Positions 9,957 to 18,589 of a stretch of 64,000 nt of DNA are shown here, piece by piece. A model generated the notes under the pieces. The model worked only from the letters and a program-made list of their open reading frames with translations, did not search any database and was not told the DNA's origin. The stretch comes from Bacteroidota bacterium. Its GTDB lineage: Bacteria > Bacteroidota > Bacteroidia > J057 > JADKCL01. The stretch's first letter is position 1. Each line of letters opens with the position of its first letter. The translations under genes were made by a program, and so were the position numbers. The stretch lies in the NCBI GenBank assembly GCA_031424495.1, contig JANPHP010000485.1:1248-65247 (forward strand). The letters run 5' to 3'.

Positions 9957-11081
9957 ATGAAAGCGCAAGAAGATATCGAGCGGCAATTGGCTGCAGCGCA
10001 AGACGCTTGGGAGACGTCGCCAGCACCTGAGTTGTGGGAGCGCCTAGAGCAGCGTCTGGACGCGCAACTGCCCACACAAGGGGCAAAGGCGCCACGCAGG
10101 TGGCCCTTCAGGATCGTCATGATCGCCCTTCTGGCAACCGCAGGATTTGGCATCTGGGCGCTGCTGCCGACCGGCAAGGCGGCCCAGGTCAGCCAAGGCA
10201 AGGCTTTTGTGGGGCATGAGACCAGCTTTCATCCGCAAATGCCGCTTGCCGCTGGCCAGCCGATGCATATAGATGAAGTTGATGTCCAAAACATTGCTGC
10301 AAGCCTCGACCCAAATGCAGCCCCAGCACTTGCAGCTGCAAGGATTCCACAGCCGACGGGCCTGAGCAGCAGCCCCGCATCGCCCAGCTACAATACGAAT
10401 GGCTTCCTTCAAGTCAATGGGAACTCCGCGCAAGCGCCGATTGCGAATCTAATGCCCCTCACCAACTGGGCATCTACGGGGCTCGTCGTGAGCAATAGCA
10501 TGGGCAACCCCATCGACACCGTAAGTTCTCTGCGGCAATTTCGCAACTTGGTATCCCCGCAAGACAATGCCTATCTGCAGATCAATCCGTCGCGTAACCA
10601 AATGAATTTCAACTATGCAGGAGCCACGCCAGTCGACAATCAGCAGAACTTGCAGCACCTGAAATGGCTGCTTGGAAGCTGGAAGACGCAGGGCTCAAGT
10701 GGCGGAGCGATGGAGGATTGGCGGCAAAAAGATGATTTTACCTTGATCGGCCGAGGCTATTTTGTGGTGAACGGAGACACGGTCGTCACGGAAGAAATGC
10801 GCATCGAGCAGCGGGGTCCCGATACGTATTTCATTCTGCTCAAGGACCAAAATCATAAATCGATGAAATTCCGATTGCGGTCTAGCCAACCCAATGAGTT
10901 GATTTTTCAAAATGCCGTGTCCAAGGAAGAGGATGAATTGGTACTGCGCAACTTGCCAGCGACCAATGAACTCGAACGTGTGCTGCAGCCCTCGCCAACG
11001 AGGTCTACAGAAACGAGTTCAAAGCCAGATTTTTATCCATCCAAGAGCAAGCAGGTGTTGCAGCGCAGCCGTCGCCCCTAG
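9957..11081 (+). CDS. putative anti-sigma factor / single-pass membrane protein
   Basis: It starts 1 nt after the sigma gene stop. It has a short cytoplasmic N-terminus, one TM helix (FRIVMIALLATAGFGIWALL), a low-complexity linker and a C-terminal globular domain of about 110 aa. Confidence 0.55.
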   Translation: MKAQEDIERQLAAAQDAWETSPAPELWERLEQRLDAQLPTQGAKAPRRWPFRIVMIALLATAGFGIWALLPTGKAAQVSQGKAFVGHETSFHPQMPLAAGQPMHIDEVDVQNIAASLDPNAAPALAAARIPQPTGLSSSPASPSYNTNGFLQVNGNSAQAPIANLMPLTNWASTGLVVSNSMGNPIDTVSSLRQFRNLVSPQDNAYLQINPSRNQMNFNYAGATPVDNQQNLQHLKWLLGSWKTQGSSGGAMEDWRQKDDFTLIGRGYFVVNGDTVVTEEMRIEQRGPDTYFILLKDQNHKSMKFRLRSSQPNELIFQNAVSKEEDELVLRNLPATNELERVLQPSPTRSTETSSKPDFYPSKSKQVLQRSRRP

Positions 11082-11210
11082 GGCTTGCGGCGAGTGCTAA
11101 CAATCCACCCCGCATGAGCGGGGCGCACAATTACTTTTTCTAAACGCATTTCTGTATGGGAATCCCCATGCAGCAGGATCATATTGTTTACCATCAACGC
11201 TAAATAGATT

Positions 11211-12272
11211 ATGAAAACTAGCATTTTATCTCCCTCCAAATTGCTGAAAGTCATGGGCTTGCTCACGCTCATCGCCCTTTCCTACGCGCGGCTCCTGGCC
11301 GGCGGCGGATTCCTGTCGGTGCATCCCGAGGGGCTGCTGAACGGCTGGCAATTGGCAGTCGCCAACAATGACCCGATGCAGCCTATGCAGCACATATATT
11401 ATGTGAATCCTGCCTATGAGCCCTATGCTGTCAATCGCATCAACTACAATCCGCAACTGCCCGAGGTGGATGCCTATCTTTTGCAAGGAGAGCAAACCGA
11501 CACCCATCCACGCACGTCTTCCTTGCTCAACGATGACAGTAACCCATTTTCAGGTCCCATGAGTTACGTCACGAAGCCCGATGCGGCCGCTGCCTACCTG
11601 CACGCCCATGGTTGGGACGCAATTCTGGTCAAGATCGGCAAAGGCTATCCCAATCTCGTTTTGGAGAGCATCCAAGAAGACAGGCTGGTATTTTTGGGAG
11701 GCTTGCCCGAAACGAATCCCTTTCCAAACGATAGTTCGTTTTCCTTGATCGAAATGCCCACCAACCTTTCGCGCTGCGTGCTCGTGCGCAACAACCCTGC
11801 TGAACAGGATTGGATGACGGCGCAAACCAACAGCTTGATCGACAACAATATTCAACAGCAAATCACAGCGATACCCGACAACGTTGTGCAAGAAATCGTC
11901 TGGCTGGATGAAGGGGATTTTGGGAACATCGTGCAGGTCTTGGAAACGAATGCTGATTTGAGCGACGAGCCTGAAGCTGCTGCCACTGAGGAGGCCTACA
12001 AGCAGGAAGAAGCCATAGAATCTGCGATTTTGGAGATTCAAGCGTGGCCCAATCCGACAAGGGATGGGTTTCAGGTGAAGATACAGGGGTTTGAGGGAGA
12101 AACGCTTACGCTACAAGTCTTGTCATCGGAGGGGCAGCTGCTCATGAGCCGTGTAGATGTAGTGGGCGCAGCGGGATTTGACCTTTCCCAATATGCGGCG
12201 GGCACATATTATGTGCGTGCATTGACGGCTAGTGGCCGCACTTGGTCCACGCCTGTGATTTTGCAGCGCTGA
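11211..12272 (+). CDS. secreted hypothetical protein with T9SS C-terminal sorting domain
   Basis: It has a signal peptide and a C-terminus typical of Por/T9SS CTDs: IQAWPNPTRDGFQVKIQGFEGETLTLQVLSSEGQLLMS...AGTYYVRALTASGRTWSTPVILQR. Confidence 0.7.
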   Translation: MKTSILSPSKLLKVMGLLTLIALSYARLLAGGGFLSVHPEGLLNGWQLAVANNDPMQPMQHIYYVNPAYEPYAVNRINYNPQLPEVDAYLLQGEQTDTHPRTSSLLNDDSNPFSGPMSYVTKPDAAAAYLHAHGWDAILVKIGKGYPNLVLESIQEDRLVFLGGLPETNPFPNDSSFSLIEMPTNLSRCVLVRNNPAEQDWMTAQTNSLIDNNIQQQITAIPDNVVQEIVWLDEGDFGNIVQVLETNADLSDEPEAAATEEAYKQEEAIESAILEIQAWPNPTRDGFQVKIQGFEGETLTLQVLSSEGQLLMSRVDVVGAAGFDLSQYAAGTYYVRALTASGRTWSTPVILQR

Positions 12273-12381
12273 GCTAAAAAGTACAAACATTGCCCTTGCA
12301 GGCATCCCCGATCGTCGCGGCGTGGCATCGTAATCAGGGACTGGCAACTCTTCAATTGTCGATACAACTCATCAAAATTCA

Positions 12382-13335
12382 ATGAAAAAGCTACTTTCTT
12401 TATCGCTGCGCTGTGGCCTTGCGATGATTGGTTTCATGCTGCTGGTGCAGGCAGCCCGCGCAGGCGGAGCTGCAGTGCCCTTTCGTCAAACGTGGAGGGT
12501 GAGCTGGGCTACGCCATCTGACAGCGTCAAGTTTGACAAATTTCTTGGACGCGGCGAGCCCGCAGTCGATGAAGCATGCGACGTTGCTAACTGTGTGGCG
12601 TGTAGGGTGCGCAACGTGAACACGTCCACCGAGCTAGCTTTCAAGGACTGTCCATTGCATGTCGCTGATGCTACACATCAATGTGCTGACTTTGGCAGTT
12701 GGTGGCAGCAGCCTGTCGAGGCAACCCCTGCGAATGGGAAGCATGCAACTGCGGACTTCGGTTGCGCATTCACCAAGTGCCTCCATTGTCGAGCCAAGGC
12801 CTTGGGGCATGCGTCGGCCTCAGGGCAGGTCTGCAGCCACCATGCCGACAATACGGTGCACTATTGCCATGGGGTGACGGTGAGTACCACCACGTTCCAA
12901 GACATGAATCCCTCCTTAAGGTTTCCGATCATCGAGGAACTGCAAATTCGCAGCATGCCCTCAGTATCGGCATCAACCGATCATGATGGTGCACAGACGC
13001 TGACCTTTGATCTTGCGAATGAGGGAGCACAGTTGCTCGGAGAGTCGGGGAATGAAGAATTGAAAACTTCAGCTATACCGACTTCACAAGGGATTTTTGA
13101 GGCCCAATTTGCGGATGCGACACAGTTTCCGATCATGGTTAGCATCCTCAACGATCATGGAACCGTCATTTTGGAGCATCACGCGGAGGGGTCGAAGCTA
13201 GGCTTTGACCTCGCGAGCTTCCCCGCCGGCGTCTACAAGCTCTCTGCTCGCAATGCAAAAGGGGAATCTTGGGTAGGCGACATTGACTTGCAGACAGGCT
13301 ATCCTGCCAATTTCAATCTCAATTTTGGCTATTGA
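12382..13335 (+). CDS. secreted Cys/His-rich hypothetical protein (duplicated 5-Cys module, CTD-like tail)
   Basis: The signal peptide is MKKLLSLSLRCGLAMIGFMLLVQAARA. Two modules of C-x4-C-x2-C-R-x14/15-C-x10-C span residues 66-101 and 128-162. The tail VSILNDHGTVILEHH...FPAGVYKLSARNAKGESW resembles a T9SS CTD. Confidence 0.65.
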   Translation: MKKLLSLSLRCGLAMIGFMLLVQAARAGGAAVPFRQTWRVSWATPSDSVKFDKFLGRGEPAVDEACDVANCVACRVRNVNTSTELAFKDCPLHVADATHQCADFGSWWQQPVEATPANGKHATADFGCAFTKCLHCRAKALGHASASGQVCSHHADNTVHYCHGVTVSTTTFQDMNPSLRFPIIEELQIRSMPSVSASTDHDGAQTLTFDLANEGAQLLGESGNEELKTSAIPTSQGIFEAQFADATQFPIMVSILNDHGTVILEHHAEGSKLGFDLASFPAGVYKLSARNAKGESWVGDIDLQTGYPANFNLNFGY

Positions 13336-13427
13336 GACCCTCTTTCGTGCGGTGCAGGCGGGACATTGAGGCTAGACCTACGTCAAAGTAATACTCAAAA
13401 ACAAGCCATAAAATTACATCTGTGAAA

Positions 13428-13456
13428 CGCGGGGCATGATGCATGCCCTGCGTTTT
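13428..13456 (+). terminator. candidate intrinsic terminator
   Basis: The hairpin cgcggggcatg/catgccctgcg (one G-U pair) is followed by TTTT, about 90 nt downstream of the 13335 stop. Confidence 0.45.
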
Positions 13457-13866
13457 CAATTGAAAAACGCCTCTTTGCAACTCCAAAACATCTCAATTCT
13501 TCTAATTTCAACGGTTGATCGCTGGCCGTGCGCCTTGAGAAACGGCATCAAATCAATCCATCGGCAAAGTTATATCTGCGATGTGATTGGTTTTGGGCAG
13601 TGGTTTGGCCAAGTTACCTTCGTGACAATGAGAAATGTGCCATGCAACACCTGAAACCCGTAGTGATCCATATCAGATCGCGCACCGTAAGTGTAGGCAG
13701 ATGTTTTTCAGAAATGTTTGAACGCGAATTCATGAGCAACTAGAGAACTCGTACGAAAACCACTGTAGCCAACGGGGAAAATTGGCAACGGATGGCGCGA
13801 GGTGAAGCATGAATCGGCCGACCTGTGTAGGAGAGCTGGAGGAATGGAAAGAGGAAGGCAAGGCCG

Positions 13867-13897
13867 CCTGACCGCTGCTTGAGAAGCAGCGGTCAGG
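13867..13897. other. isolated perfect 14-bp-stem hairpin in a long non-coding region
   Basis: cctgaccgctgctt gag aagcagcggtcagg forms the stem-loop. There is no adjacent U-tract on either strand. Confidence 0.6.
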
Positions 13898-14211
13898 AGT
13901 GGCAATCGAAAAACAGAAAATTTAATTTTGGGGCGGATGCCCTTGTTCAAAAGCTGACTTTGGATGATTTTCTTCACGATTTTTGGCTTGCATTCGCAGC
14001 ATTCCGCGAAAATGGCAGAACATCCTGTAATCCGCTAGGATAGGTAGCCCTCCTCAATTGGATTTTAAGGCACTTTTTTTCTTGTCGGAGAAGCGACGAA
14101 ATCTGTGAAATCAACAATGGAAATCTTTGTTTTCATCAAAAACACATCTTAACTTGCTACATCTTTCTTCGAGTATTTAAAAAGTTGGTCCAATTAAATT
14201 CCTATATCAAC

Positions 14212-15852
14212 ATGAAAAAATTTACTTTGATGTTGGCTGCTGCTGCTGCTGCACTCACAGTGGGCACACAGACAACGGCTTCGGCTCAAGCGACACGCCA
14301 CGCCGTGATCCTTGAAATCGCAACAGGCACATGGTGCCAATACTGCCCAGGCGCTGCATTGGGTGCCGACGATCTTCACGCGAGCTCTGCCAGCATCGGT
14401 ATCGTGGAGCACCACGACAACGACCCTTACAGCACTCCAGATGCAGTGGCCCGCTATGACACCTACTATGGCGTCACCGGTTTCCCTACAGCTTTCTTTG
14501 ACGGTGCCAACAGTGTCGTGGGTGGCAATCACACCACCTCGATGTACAGCAGCTACCTGCCTAAGTACAATACTGCAATGGCTGTCGCAACTCCTTATGA
14601 CATCACAGCCACTTGGACCCAAAACGGTGCCAATATCGATGTGCATGCAGTCGTGACGCAAGTTGGCGCGGCCTCCCCTACCACCTTGCGCCTTCAGGCT
14701 GCCTTGACTGAAAGCCACATTCCTGTGGTATGGCAAGGACAAACTGAGTGTAGCTTCGTGAATCGCTTGATGCACCCTAGCGCTGCAGGTCAACCTGTCA
14801 CCGTTACCCAAGGCAATTCCCAGACTTTTGACTTCAGCTTGGCAATAAGCCCTTCATGGACACAAGACGAGATGGAACTCGTTGTATGGGTCGAGGATGG
14901 CGCTACCAAGCAAATCTTCAATGGCTCTTACTCACCACTTGCTGTTGCTGCATTCGCAAACGATCCTAGCGTTGTGGCTGTGCAAAATGACCTCGGTCCA
15001 AACTCTTGCATCACTAGCCTCACACCTGATGTCAAAATCAAAAACTTTGGTAGCGCAGCACTCACCTCTGTCAATTTCACTTACAACGTGAACGGTGGTC
15101 CAGCTCAAACCCATACTTGGAATGGCAACTTGTCATTCTTGGGCAGCGCTATCGCTACCCTGCCTGCGATCAACTTCACACCTGGTGTCAACAACACCTT
15201 GACTGTGACGGTTACCAACAGCAATGATGGCAACATGACCAACAACAACGTTACCAAAACTTGGACCAACGTTGTGCGCGGATTTGGTACGTTTGTGATG
15301 ACGATCCAGCCTGACAACTACGGTAGCGAAACTACCTGGCAAGTCAAAACTGGCGCTGGTGCTGTCGTCGCTTCTGGCGGCCCATACACCGATGGCAATA
15401 CCACTCCAGTGAACGTGAACGTGCCACTTTCAATTGCTGATTGCTACACTGTTTTGGTCAACGACCAGTATGGCGATGGCATGTGCTGCGCTTATGGCAA
15501 CGGTAGCTACACTTTCAAAGATCCTTCAGGCAACACTGTCGTCACTGGTGGCGAGTTTGGCGCTTCTGAGGCAAGGACTTTTGAGGCTGGCACTGCAACA
15601 GCTGTCGATGGCAACATCTCTGGCGAAGTCAGCGTGTATCCTAACCCTAGCCGTGGCGTGTTCAACATCGAAATCCCTAACACCACTGGTGCAGAGATCT
15701 CGATCATGACCCTCACCGGCAAATTGGTTTACACCTCCAATACTGCTGCTTCACTTGTGAAAGTGGACCTGACCAGCCTCGCAGCTGGCATGTACATGGT
15801 CACCGTGAAGACTGCCGAAGGCATCGCTTCCAAGAAGATCATCAAGGAGTAA
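14212..15852 (+). CDS. T9SS-secreted protein with N-terminal thioredoxin-like CxxC domain (Omp28-related-like)
   Basis: The ATG at 14212 gives the signal MKKFTLMLAAAAAALTV. The ATGTWCQYCPGA motif resembles the TGTWCxxCP motif of Omp28-related proteins. The C-terminus VSVYPNPSRGVFNIEI...AAGMYMVTVKTAEGIASKKIIKE is a T9SS CTD. Confidence 0.7.
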   Translation: MKKFTLMLAAAAAALTVGTQTTASAQATRHAVILEIATGTWCQYCPGAALGADDLHASSASIGIVEHHDNDPYSTPDAVARYDTYYGVTGFPTAFFDGANSVVGGNHTTSMYSSYLPKYNTAMAVATPYDITATWTQNGANIDVHAVVTQVGAASPTTLRLQAALTESHIPVVWQGQTECSFVNRLMHPSAAGQPVTVTQGNSQTFDFSLAISPSWTQDEMELVVWVEDGATKQIFNGSYSPLAVAAFANDPSVVAVQNDLGPNSCITSLTPDVKIKNFGSAALTSVNFTYNVNGGPAQTHTWNGNLSFLGSAIATLPAINFTPGVNNTLTVTVTNSNDGNMTNNNVTKTWTNVVRGFGTFVMTIQPDNYGSETTWQVKTGAGAVVASGGPYTDGNTTPVNVNVPLSIADCYTVLVNDQYGDGMCCAYGNGSYTFKDPSGNTVVTGGEFGASEARTFEAGTATAVDGNISGEVSVYPNPSRGVFNIEIPNTTGAEISIMTLTGKLVYTSNTAASLVKVDLTSLAAGMYMVTVKTAEGIASKKIIKE

Positions 15853-15876
15853 TCCTTGCGAATCAAAGAATTGCGG

Positions 15877-15915
15877 GACCGCCGCGCTCAGACGAGCGCG
15901 GCGGTCTTGCTTTTT
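15877..15915 (+). terminator. intrinsic terminator
   Basis: A 13-bp GC-rich stem (gaccgccgcgctc / gagcgcggcggtc) with loop agac is followed by ttgcttttt, 25 nt after the stop at 15852. Confidence 0.8.
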
Positions 15916-15964
15916 GTAGCCGAAGCAGTTGGTGAAGTGCTACCTAAAAACGTAGTTTTGCAAC

Positions 15965-17143
15965 ATGTGGAAGCGACAATTTAGATGGGTCTTGCTGGGC
16001 ATCATGTATTGTATCGGAGGAAGCGCAATGGCCCAATCCCCGCTGCTCAGGGATCCGTGGACATTGCTCGCGCAGCATGACAGCCTCTTGCGCAACGACA
16101 TCATCGGCAGCGAGCTCGTGCTCGACCTCGTAGAGCCAATGGTCGCAGACTCGATCGTCGATGCACGTCGGCAGCACCTCAAGGGCTTTGGAGGCTGGTT
16201 TATCCACCACACTTGGGCTCGGTATTGGGAGTATTACACCGATCACAAGCAAAAATATGTCGCCACCAATTGCAGGGACTACCACATTTTCAACGGTCCT
16301 GGCGATGAGATCGACATCAATATTTTTCTTATGCCTCACCTGCCGCGGTATGTGGCACGCGTGAAGGACGGATTTGAGCGGGCGCTCGACCGCGACCGCT
16401 CGCTCAAAGGCTTCAGATTTGACAAACCGTCTGGCTACCCCTTGCCCGAGGAGCTGCGTTACCAAGATTTTGGCTGCATCGTCACGGAGTGCGAAGTGAC
16501 CCCACCACATGAATTTAGCGACCGCTTGGAGCATGCATTCCTGCCGGTACGCGATGGTGTGTATGCCTTGGACACGCTCAAGTTTTTTGGTTGCAAACAC
16601 CCAAGCATGGGCATGACTGGCGTCTGGTGCATGGACTGCAACCACAATTGCCGCCCCGAGATCCATCCGATCGAGTGGCTATGGTGGCTGGACCTGAGCA
16701 AGGAGCGCCCCGGCACACCGATCGCCAAAAGCTGGATGGTCGCCTTGATCGTTGATGACAGCCATCGCTTCAAGGACTGGTCCGCAGGCCCGTTGAGCGG
16801 CGAAATTGCCATCCCATTTGTGGTACCCACCGCATGCACGACGATCATTGCCGATCTACAAAAAATAGCTGGAGACCCGATCGCAAACGACACCCTACCT
16901 CCTGGCGAATTCTACCAATCCGCAGACACCTCCTTTGTGATCCCCTATTTGCCGGGCACTGGAGAATATCCGAAGCTTGATATCCTGGTACGTACCTCGG
17001 GAGAATGGCCCCAAACGGGAACGCGTTACTGGTTTTCAGACATATCGACCTGCGACACGGGCTGGAAAGGATACCTGCATATCGCCACGACTGTGCAAAA
17101 TCTGCTGGCCATGCGTGTGACCATCGACGGCAGTAGAGACTGA
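15965..17143 (+). CDS. secreted hypothetical protein (Cys/His cluster CMDCNHNCRPEIHP)
   Basis: The signal peptide is MWKRQFRWVLLGIMYCIGGSAMAQ. No family is recognised. It is the first gene of a same-strand trio with an MBOAT gene. Confidence 0.65.
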   Translation: MWKRQFRWVLLGIMYCIGGSAMAQSPLLRDPWTLLAQHDSLLRNDIIGSELVLDLVEPMVADSIVDARRQHLKGFGGWFIHHTWARYWEYYTDHKQKYVATNCRDYHIFNGPGDEIDINIFLMPHLPRYVARVKDGFERALDRDRSLKGFRFDKPSGYPLPEELRYQDFGCIVTECEVTPPHEFSDRLEHAFLPVRDGVYALDTLKFFGCKHPSMGMTGVWCMDCNHNCRPEIHPIEWLWWLDLSKERPGTPIAKSWMVALIVDDSHRFKDWSAGPLSGEIAIPFVVPTACTTIIADLQKIAGDPIANDTLPPGEFYQSADTSFVIPYLPGTGEYPKLDILVRTSGEWPQTGTRYWFSDISTCDTGWKGYLHIATTVQNLLAMRVTIDGSRD

Positions 17144-17185
17144 CCTACGATTTTGTAAGGAGCTGATTCTTCTTATATTCACCTA

Positions 17186-18586
17186 ATGCTATTCAATTCG
17201 GTCCATTTCCTATGGTTTCTCCCACTGGTGGTCGTGGCCTACTATTTGCTGCCCGTGGCTTGGCGATGGGTGCTCATTTTGGCGGCGAGCTACAGTTTCT
17301 ATATGTTTTGGCGGGTGGAATACATCGGGCTGGTGATCGGCACCACCCTCGTGGACTACTGGACGGGCTTGCAGATGGGCAAGCGGCAATCCCAGCGCGA
17401 CCGCATCCCTTTCCTGGTCATCAGTCTCGTTGTCAACCTCGGTTTGCTCATTTCCTTCAAGTATCTGGGCTTTTTTGCTGCCGTGAGCAATCAGTTTTTG
17501 GGGTCTGAATTCACCGTGTTGCACCTGCTCTTGCCGCTTGGCATTTCGTTCCACACCTTTCAATCGGTGGGCTATGCGATCGACGTCTACCGTGGCAAGG
17601 TGGAACCTGAGCGTCACTTGGGCTATTTTGCTGTGTTTGTTGCCTATTTCCCGCAAATGGTAGCCGGCCCGATCGAACGCTATGAACACTTGGGTACCCA
17701 ACTGCGGGCCAAGCAAACGTTGCAATATGAAAACTTTGCCGCCGGCTTCAGGCTCATCCTTTTTGGATTTTTTGCCAAGATCGTCGTCGCCGACAACCTC
17801 GCGCCCATCGTGGATGCTTTTTACAAGGAACCGCTAGCTTATGGGAGGCGCGATGCTGCAATTGCCATCGGCACCTACGCATTTCAAATCTATGGCGATT
17901 TTTGGGGCTATACCCTCATCGCAACGGGCGCTGCACGCCTACTCGGCGTGAAGCTCGCAGATAATTTTCGCAGTCCCTACCTTGCCAGTTCGGTGACCGA
18001 CTATTGGCAGCGCTGGCACATTTCCCTCACCACTTGGTTTCGGGATTACCTGTTTGCGCCGCTGTCGCTGCAACTGCGCAATCTGCGCAGACTCGGCATC
18101 GTGCTGGCCATCATTTGCACCTATCTCCTCTCGGGATTCTGGCATGGCGCAAATTGGACTTTTTTGCTCTGGGGACTTATCTGGGGCATCCTTTACGCCT
18201 TTGAATTTTGGATTGGAAGGTACGTCCGCATCAGCACGCCCAAACCTTGGTCGATCGGTCATTTGCTGCGTGCGCCGGTCATCTTCCTGATTGCTGCACT
18301 CGCCTTGGTGCCCTTCAGGAGCGGCAAGATTTATACAACGTTGCAAGTCTATGAGACTTTGTTCTGTAGCCACGCCGACATCAAGCACATGCAGTTGCAA
18401 GTGCAGCCCTTTGTACTTTTGGGCTTGTTTGTGGCCTTTGACATCGCTTTTTTCAATAGCGATCCCGACAAATGGATCGCCGCCCGACATTTTGTGCTGC
18501 GCTGGCTCATCTATGCCGTTTTGCTCTTTTGCGTACTCGCATTGGGTGCCATCGAGGAGGTCCCCTTCATCTATTTCCAATTCTGA
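17186..18586 (+). CDS. MBOAT family O-acyltransferase (AlgI/DltB-like)
   Basis: Polytopic protein of 466 aa. It carries PLGISFHTFQSVGYAIDVYRG, FPQMVAGPIERY, NFRSPYLASSVTDYWQRWHISLTTWFRDYLF and GFWHGANW (with the conserved His). Confidence 0.9.
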   Translation: MLFNSVHFLWFLPLVVVAYYLLPVAWRWVLILAASYSFYMFWRVEYIGLVIGTTLVDYWTGLQMGKRQSQRDRIPFLVISLVVNLGLLISFKYLGFFAAVSNQFLGSEFTVLHLLLPLGISFHTFQSVGYAIDVYRGKVEPERHLGYFAVFVAYFPQMVAGPIERYEHLGTQLRAKQTLQYENFAAGFRLILFGFFAKIVVADNLAPIVDAFYKEPLAYGRRDAAIAIGTYAFQIYGDFWGYTLIATGAARLLGVKLADNFRSPYLASSVTDYWQRWHISLTTWFRDYLFAPLSLQLRNLRRLGIVLAIICTYLLSGFWHGANWTFLLWGLIWGILYAFEFWIGRYVRISTPKPWSIGHLLRAPVIFLIAALALVPFRSGKIYTTLQVYETLFCSHADIKHMQLQVQPFVLLGLFVAFDIAFFNSDPDKWIAARHFVLRWLIYAVLLFCVLALGAIEEVPFIYFQF

Positions 18587-18589
18587 GTC

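Noticed and set aside
13708-13977. 89-aa minus-strand ORF in the long intergenic region
   Set aside because: The translation is not protein-like (Pro/Arg/Ser-rich), it is crossed by the perfect hairpin at 13867-13897, and it has no supporting context.
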